Shown here in pieces: positions 59,181-64,000 of a stretch of 64,000 bases of DNA. Within the stretch, counting starts at the first letter, position 1, and the number at the start of each line of letters is the position of its first letter. The stretch is from an uncultured Candidatus Rokubacteria bacterium (GTDB lineage: Bacteria > Methylomirabilota > Methylomirabilia > Rokubacteriales > CSP1-6), in contig CAVXJS010000010.1 in NCBI GenBank assembly GCA_963762145.1, positions 96,001 to 160,000 of the forward strand, in the 5' to 3' direction. The position numbers and the translations under genes are program-made. The notes under the pieces were generated by a model, which searched no databases, was not told the DNA's origin, and saw nothing but the letters and a program-made list of their open reading frames with translations.

Positions 59181-59366
59181 GACGGCGAGATCGACCGGGC
59201 CATCGAGCACAGCACCGCTCCGTCGCGGTTCACCCCACGGAGAAGCCCCACACGTTCCTGGGCTGGTCCCTGAGCTTCCGGGGCCGACTGGGGGGTACGG
59301 CCGAGTGCCTCCGCGCGATCGAGATCGACCCCGACTTCGGCAACCCCTACAACGACATCGGGGTCT
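59181..59366 (+). repeat. Degenerate copy of an internal TPR gene segment
   Basis: Matches 9696-9886, including GAGATCGACCCCGACTTCGGCAACCCCTACAACGACATCGGGGTCTA. Confidence 0.92.
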
Positions 59367-59383
59367 AGCGGCACGCTGCTCGA

Positions 59384-59413
59384 TTGACAAGAAACCAAGG
59401 TGGAGTGTCCAAT
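59384..59413 (+). promoter_or_regulatory. Possible sigma70 promoter of the retron operon
   Basis: TTGACA-18 nt-TCCAAT. Confidence 0.4.
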
Positions 59414-59501
59414 GCTGCACTTTCGCTCTTCCGGTGGAGTTTAGAAAAGTGGGCCGTGAATAGCCGACGCTGTTTCGTTGGTAGGTTCGGTGGGAGGGAG
59501 A

Positions 59502-60743
59502 ATGGCCAGCCGCCGGTTGTCTGAGACGGATGCCGCTGTCGCATGGCTCCGCCAATCGAGCTGTCCGACCAGCCTATTGCTTCAACTTTGATCGATTCGA
59601 TCACGCTTGTGTCGCGGGACGAATTCTCTCACCGGCTGACGGATCTTTCATCCTCGGGAAAAAGGCAGCGAAGGTCGACAATCTAGTGGGACTCTACGCT
59701 GAACGGGAGATCCGAAAGCACCTGGGGAAGCCAAACCGTCTGCTTCATCAACAACTGGAAAGAACCGGCGCGCCTACGGTTCCGGCCCAACTCCAGTAAG
59801 ACCGACGCGAACAGTCCGGCCTGAGGTCGGTAGTGAGGGTCTTGTGGCTCAACTGATCACAGAACTCTGTCGTCTCGACCGCCAGAATTTAGAAGTCATC
59901 CGGGTCCTGCTGAGATTCGTAAAGAATCCGTGGGCGCATTCTTTCGTTGCCGATTTCATAGGCTCAGGGACCGGGCCTGCACATATCTGGAGGCAGCCTG
60001 GCGCGTACGCTCTGTTAAGAGTTGGCGTTCGCTTGGCCTAATGCGTTTTGAGGTAATCGCGTACGCTGCCCTCGACAAGGGGACGCAACGGTGCAACGAC
60101 ATCGAAGCAGACCTGAAGTGAATATCGTGACCCCTGTCCGACATTTCTGAGCATCTTCAGCGCCCTGATAGAGCCGCGGCAAGGTTGCTCTGCATTCGTT
60201 ACGACCCGCCGTCACGACTCAGTCGAGTCACTGGGCTATGGTGGAGGCGGCGCGTTAATCGCGTTCGCCCATGGCTGTCCGAACAACGCACCACGGATCC
60301 TCCATGTGAAGGGTCGCCGTGGACGCCACTCTTTCCATCGCGTGTAACCAACAGTGCGCGGGGGCTCTTCGGAGACAAGCGTGACACCGCGACTCTGGCG
60401 CATCGCTTGGCCCGCCTCGGTGAGACCAGGCTAGCTCGCGGCCCTCGGTTGCAGCGCGCTACCAAGGAGGGTCAACTCATGATGGCTTTCCTGGCCGCGG
60501 TTCGACGGGGACCCCGACGGAACGATACCATTGCAAGGCGAAGGGCCTCACTCTATCGGAAGTCAGAACATTGGTGGATCGGATCACGGCGTGGGGTTGG
60601 ATCGACACACGCCGACACCTGACGGATCAGGACACCGTCAGCTATCGGCATGCTCGTCGCGCAGCACGAGCCGTATCGACTTGCTCCAGAGCCGAGAAAG
60701 CCATACTATCCTGTCTTCGTTGAGGGCGCCACGTTCCTTCTAG
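59502..60743 (+). CDS. PRTase-like plus winged-helix retron effector (many frameshifts)
   Basis: GGAGGGAG RBS; stitched fragments MASRRLSETDAAVAWLRQ, ITLVSRDEF, EVGSEGLVAQLITELCR, ADFIGSG, SLGYGGGGALIAFAHGCPNNAPRILH, GLTLSEV...WGWIDTRRHLTDQ, SLRAPRSF*. Confidence 0.75.
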
Positions 60744-60939
60744 TTCTCGCCGGCTAAACGGTCGGCGGCGGCAGGTCCTTTGTTGGGCTTGCAGTGGGGC
60801 GCGGATTTCTGCGTTCCTTCGGACTAGCGGCTGCTTGAGGCTAAGGCTCGGCACACTCCGCTGGCGGCGGAGTCTTCTGGCTCAGCGCGCCGAGTCTCAC
60901 CCTGCGGGTGTCAAAGTAGATGGAGCGTTGGCGTCCTCA
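60721..60939 (+). ncRNA. Retron msr-msd non-coding RNA
   Basis: Closing inverted repeat 60721-60742 with 60917-60939; three short hairpins 60748-60817; larger branched stem 60846-60896. Confidence 0.75.
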
Positions 60940-62078
60940 GCACTACAAGCGGCGCGGAGACGAACTAGGTGTTGCTCCGCGATTCTCGGGAACGCGCTGG
61001 CGACAGCCGCGCAGACGGTCGCGATCGATCCGCGGCTACCCCCGGTGTTTACTTTGCGTCACCTCGCCTACCTCGCCGAGGCCGACTACACCCGCCTTCG
61101 GGCGGTCGCAGCCAGAGAGGCAGAAGACCCGTACACAGTGTTTCGCATCCGTAAGGCAAGGCAGGACGGTCCCACAGAGGAGTTCCGCATTATCTGTGTA
61201 CCCAAACCGTCACTGATGCAGGTCCAGCGTTGGATAGCTAAGGAAATCCTGTCCCGAGGGAGGCCGCACGCATCTAGCTTCGCGTATGCGGACGGTAGCC
61301 GCATCGTATCGGCGGCAGAGTTACATTGTGGCTCGCGCTGGCTCATCAAGCTCGACGTCCGGCGCTTCTTTGAGTCGATCTCAGAGATCGCTGTGTACCG
61401 GGTCTTCCGGAGTCTCGGTTATCAGCCACTCGTGTCATTCGAACTGGCGCGAATCTGCACGAGACTCAAGGTAACGAAATCGCGTGGGAAGCTGAAGCGC
61501 TGGCAGAGCGACGACGAGGAGTACGACGCAATACCATCTTATTCAAAGCCTTTCGTCGGGCACCTGCCTCAGGGTGCGCCAACGAGCCCAATGCTCTCTA
61601 ACCTCGCGATGCGGTCGTTTGACGAGGACGTGTCCGCCCTGGCAGGACGGCGGGCTCAGTGTATACGCGGTACGCGGACGATCTGTGCCTGTCAACCCGC
61701 AGTCAGCGTTTCACGCGAGACCAAGCCCGTGGCATTGTCAGGGAGGTCTATCGGGCCATGAGTCGAGTGGGGCTATCGCCGAACATCTCCAAGGCCCACA
61801 TCGCGCCCCCAGGTGCCCGAAAGGTGGTGCTCGGTCTCGTTGTGAACGACTCTCAGCCGCGCCTCACGCGAGAGTTCCGCAGCCGGCTCCGGCAGCACCT
61901 CTACTATCTATTGCGATCCGACATCGGGCCTGCACAGCACGCGGAGAATCGAAGGTTCGCGTCTGTTCAAGGCTTGCGCAACCATGTGACGGGGCTCATC
62001 GCTTTCGCTCGGCAAGTGGAGCCTGTGTTTGCGGAAGGATGTGAAGCGAACCTCGCAGCGGTTCGATGGCCGATTTAA
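60920..62078 (+). CDS. Retron-type reverse transcriptase (frameshifts near 60980 and 61650)
   Basis: AAELH (NAxxH-like), KLDVRRFFESI, LPQGAPTSPMLSN, YTRYADD, VLGLVVN (VTG-like). Confidence 0.92.
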
Positions 62079-62298
62079 TGAGCGCGCGCACTGGGTTCTG
62101 GGGCGTGCCGGCAGTTGCAGATGCAGGGGCATCGCGAGGGCCCGATAGATGCACCCGGAAGGGACGGGACCTCTGCGCCGGGTTACCAGATCGAGTCCAA
62201 TCTGGGCGGTGTTGGGAAACCCTAGACCAGATCGAGAGCCCATAAGCCGGGCCTTGGCACCAAGGTTCTCCGGCAGGATTGGAAAGATGCGAGGGTAG

Positions 62299-62526
62299 CT
62301 AGGAAGCCTTGAAAAGAGCCTTTTCCAGAGGTTTCGGGAGGTCGATCGCGATGAAGCGATCCGCGGAGTAACCGTAGTCCTCGCCACTCTCGTCCACGAT
62401 TCGGACATATCCGTGTCTAGCCGCTTCTGCGTCGGGGATCAGGCGATAGACCTTGCCTCTCTCGAGAGAAGCCTCGTAGCTTTTGTTCTTGATACAGACT
62501 GCAAAGCGAACAAGGGAGCTGAGCAT
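62299..62526 (-). CDS. Small hypothetical protein
   Basis: FAVCIKN..YEASLERGKVY...RIVDESGEDYGY; start overlaps the upstream stop. Confidence 0.75.
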   Translation of the reverse strand: MLSSLVRFAVCIKNKSYEASLERGKVYRLIPDAEAARHGYVRIVDESGEDYGYSADRFIAIDLPKPLEKALFKAS

Positions 62527-62978
62527 CAAGCGAGGCGTCGGTACAACTCCTCGTTCTTCTTCAGGACTCGCTCGGCGGCAGCGGTGAATTCCCGGGCTGC
62601 CGAGTATGGGCGCGAGCCCTCGGACACAGAGGGAGGTCGGCCCCATCCCTGCGCCCGTAGCGCGGCTTCGACCTGGTTTCGGAGAGCCGGAAGGTCCCGG
62701 TCCACGACTTGCCAGACGATGTCGAGGTTCACGGCGAAGTAATCATGGACGAGGAAGTTCCGCAGCGCGACGATCGCCGGCCAGGGGATCTCGGGATGTT
62801 GGGTGCGGACCTCTTCCGAGAGACGTCGAGCCGCCTCGCCGATCAACTGCAGATGACGGAGAACCCAGATCTGGACGAGTTCGTCACGCTCGAAGGCTGC
62901 CCGCCCGCCTCCCGTGTGCCGATCGATCCGGTCGATGGCATCGAGAATATCGACCAGCCTCTGGCGATCATCCCTCAA
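62526..62978 (-). CDS. HepT/DUF86 HEPN ribonuclease toxin with C-terminal extension
   Basis: IGEAA, PEIPW..I..LRNFLVHDY. Confidence 0.9.
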   Translation of the reverse strand: MRDDRQRLVDILDAIDRIDRHTGGGRAAFERDELVQIWVLRHLQLIGEAARRLSEEVRTQHPEIPWPAIVALRNFLVHDYFAVNLDIVWQVVDRDLPALRNQVEAALRAQGWGRPPSVSEGSRPYSAAREFTAAAERVLKKNEELYRRLA

Positions 62979-63265
62979 AGGGCTACCGCTTCGCGGAGGA
63001 TAGGCTCTTTGACATGAGGGCGGAGACCGTTCTCCGTCACGACGTCAACCCGGCGGTGCAGAAGATGCTCGAGGTCGACGAGGAGCTTGGCAAGATCGAG
63101 AAGGCTCCGGCCGCTTTCGAGGTCGACGAGGAAGTCCACGTCACTGTCCGGTCCGGCCTCCCCACGTACCACGGATCCGAAGACACGCACATTCGTCGCG
63201 CCATGGAGTGTCGCGATCGCGAGGATCTCGTCTCGATGAGCCTTTAGTACCGTGTCGATGCTCAT
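62975..63265 (-). CDS. MNT nucleotidyltransferase antitoxin
   Basis: VFGSVVRGE...SDVDFLVD. Confidence 0.92.
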   Translation of the reverse strand: MSIDTVLKAHRDEILAIATLHGATNVRVFGSVVRGEAGPDSDVDFLVDLESGRSLLDLAKLLVDLEHLLHRRVDVVTENGLRPHVKEPILREAVAL

Positions 63266-63304
63266 GGCATATATCCTTCCCTAAGGCAGACAGGTGTCCG
63301 GGTC

Positions 63305-63889
63305 TCATGGCAGAAGGTCCGAGACGGGAATGGCGGAGTCAGGCAGCGCCAGGGGAGTTACCGAGTCGCCCCGGCGTAGCGTTGCCACCGAAGCGTAGCG
63401 CCACCCATAGGCCCCGTGCGGATCAGCCACCGGCTCTCGGTACACCTCCAGGACATTGTCGACCAGGTTGACGATCCAGTAGTCTGCCACTCCAGCCCGG
63501 GCGTAGAGACCGGCTTTCTCCCCGCGGTCCAGCGCGAGGCTCGCCAGGGCCACCTCCACCACGAGCTCGGGGCGGCTCGGGTGAGACGCAATGTAGTCGC
63601 GGGGGCCGCCGGGCACGACGGCGATGTCCGGCTCCGGCTCGGACTCCTCGTCCAAGGCGACCGGCAGCTGGGCCTCGATGTTCCAGTCGGGTCCGAACAC
63701 CGCGCGAAGCGCGCGGGCGACCAGGCGAATGCCGGTCGCATGCGGCCGTCCCTGCGGCTCGCGGACAACCAGCTGTCCGCCGAGCAGCTCCAGGCGCTCG
63801 TCGGGTGCGAAGGCGCCCAGGTCGATCAGGCGCTCGTACTCCAGGCGCGTCCAGCGCTTCGTACGGCCGGGCGACGTGGCGATCTCCAT
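63305..63889 (-). CDS. Uma2 family endonuclease
   Basis: EPEPDIAV, LVVEVA, K..LYARAGVADYWIVNL. Confidence 0.92.
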   Translation of the reverse strand: MEIATSPGRTKRWTRLEYERLIDLGAFAPDERLELLGGQLVVREPQGRPHATGIRLVARALRAVFGPDWNIEAQLPVALDEESEPEPDIAVVPGGPRDYIASHPSRPELVVEVALASLALDRGEKAGLYARAGVADYWIVNLVDNVLEVYREPVADPHGAYGWRYASVATLRRGDSVTPLALPDSAIPVSDLLP

Positions 63890-64000
63890 CACGGCAGAAG
63901 ATCGGCGACGGGGACCGCAACGGTCGGGGCGGAGAGCGGGCTCACTGTTTCTCCGGCCCTCAGCGTGATGGTCGCTCCGTAGCGATGGCCGTACCGCGCC

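Noticed and set aside
60920-62078. RT as a group II intron, DGR or the source of the ghost repeats
   Set aside because: No maturase domain or TR/VR pair with adenine-specific changes was seen; motifs and ncRNA fit a retron; the ghosts include promoter DNA upstream of likely transcription starts, which argues against a cDNA origin
62151-62166. 16-bp match to 42317-42332 (GCACCCGGAAGGGACG)
   Set aside because: Too short to exceed chance in a 64-kb GC-rich window

Overview
A high-GC bacterial window with many single-base frameshifts. They occur even in groEL, which suggests a long-read or metagenomic assembly. The gene content (double-zinc-ribbon adenylate cyclases, many LLM oxidoreductases, hydantoinase and branched-chain ABC genes) resembles Rokubacteria-like soil lineages; this is inference. 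The metabolic backbone is cocE hydrolase, groES/EL, LLMs, TPR, SDR, enoyl-CoA hydratase and a livKGFHM-hydA-hydB operon. It is interspersed with many small accessory genes, a toxin-antitoxin cluster with an IS630-like transposase, and a defence island (2OG-dioxygenase plus HEPN-like pair, type I R-M with M48 peptidase, a PRTase-wHTH/ncRNA/RT retron, MNT-HEPN, Uma2). The most unusual feature is about a dozen short, diverged, same-orientation 'ghost' copies of local backbone genes between accessory genes. Two of them are 0.2-0.6 kb collinear miniatures of the liv-hyd operon, which points to repeated additive capture of accessory genes followed by collapse of the duplicated core. The retron ncRNA can be folded by eye: its closing inverted repeat overlaps both the effector stop and the RT start.
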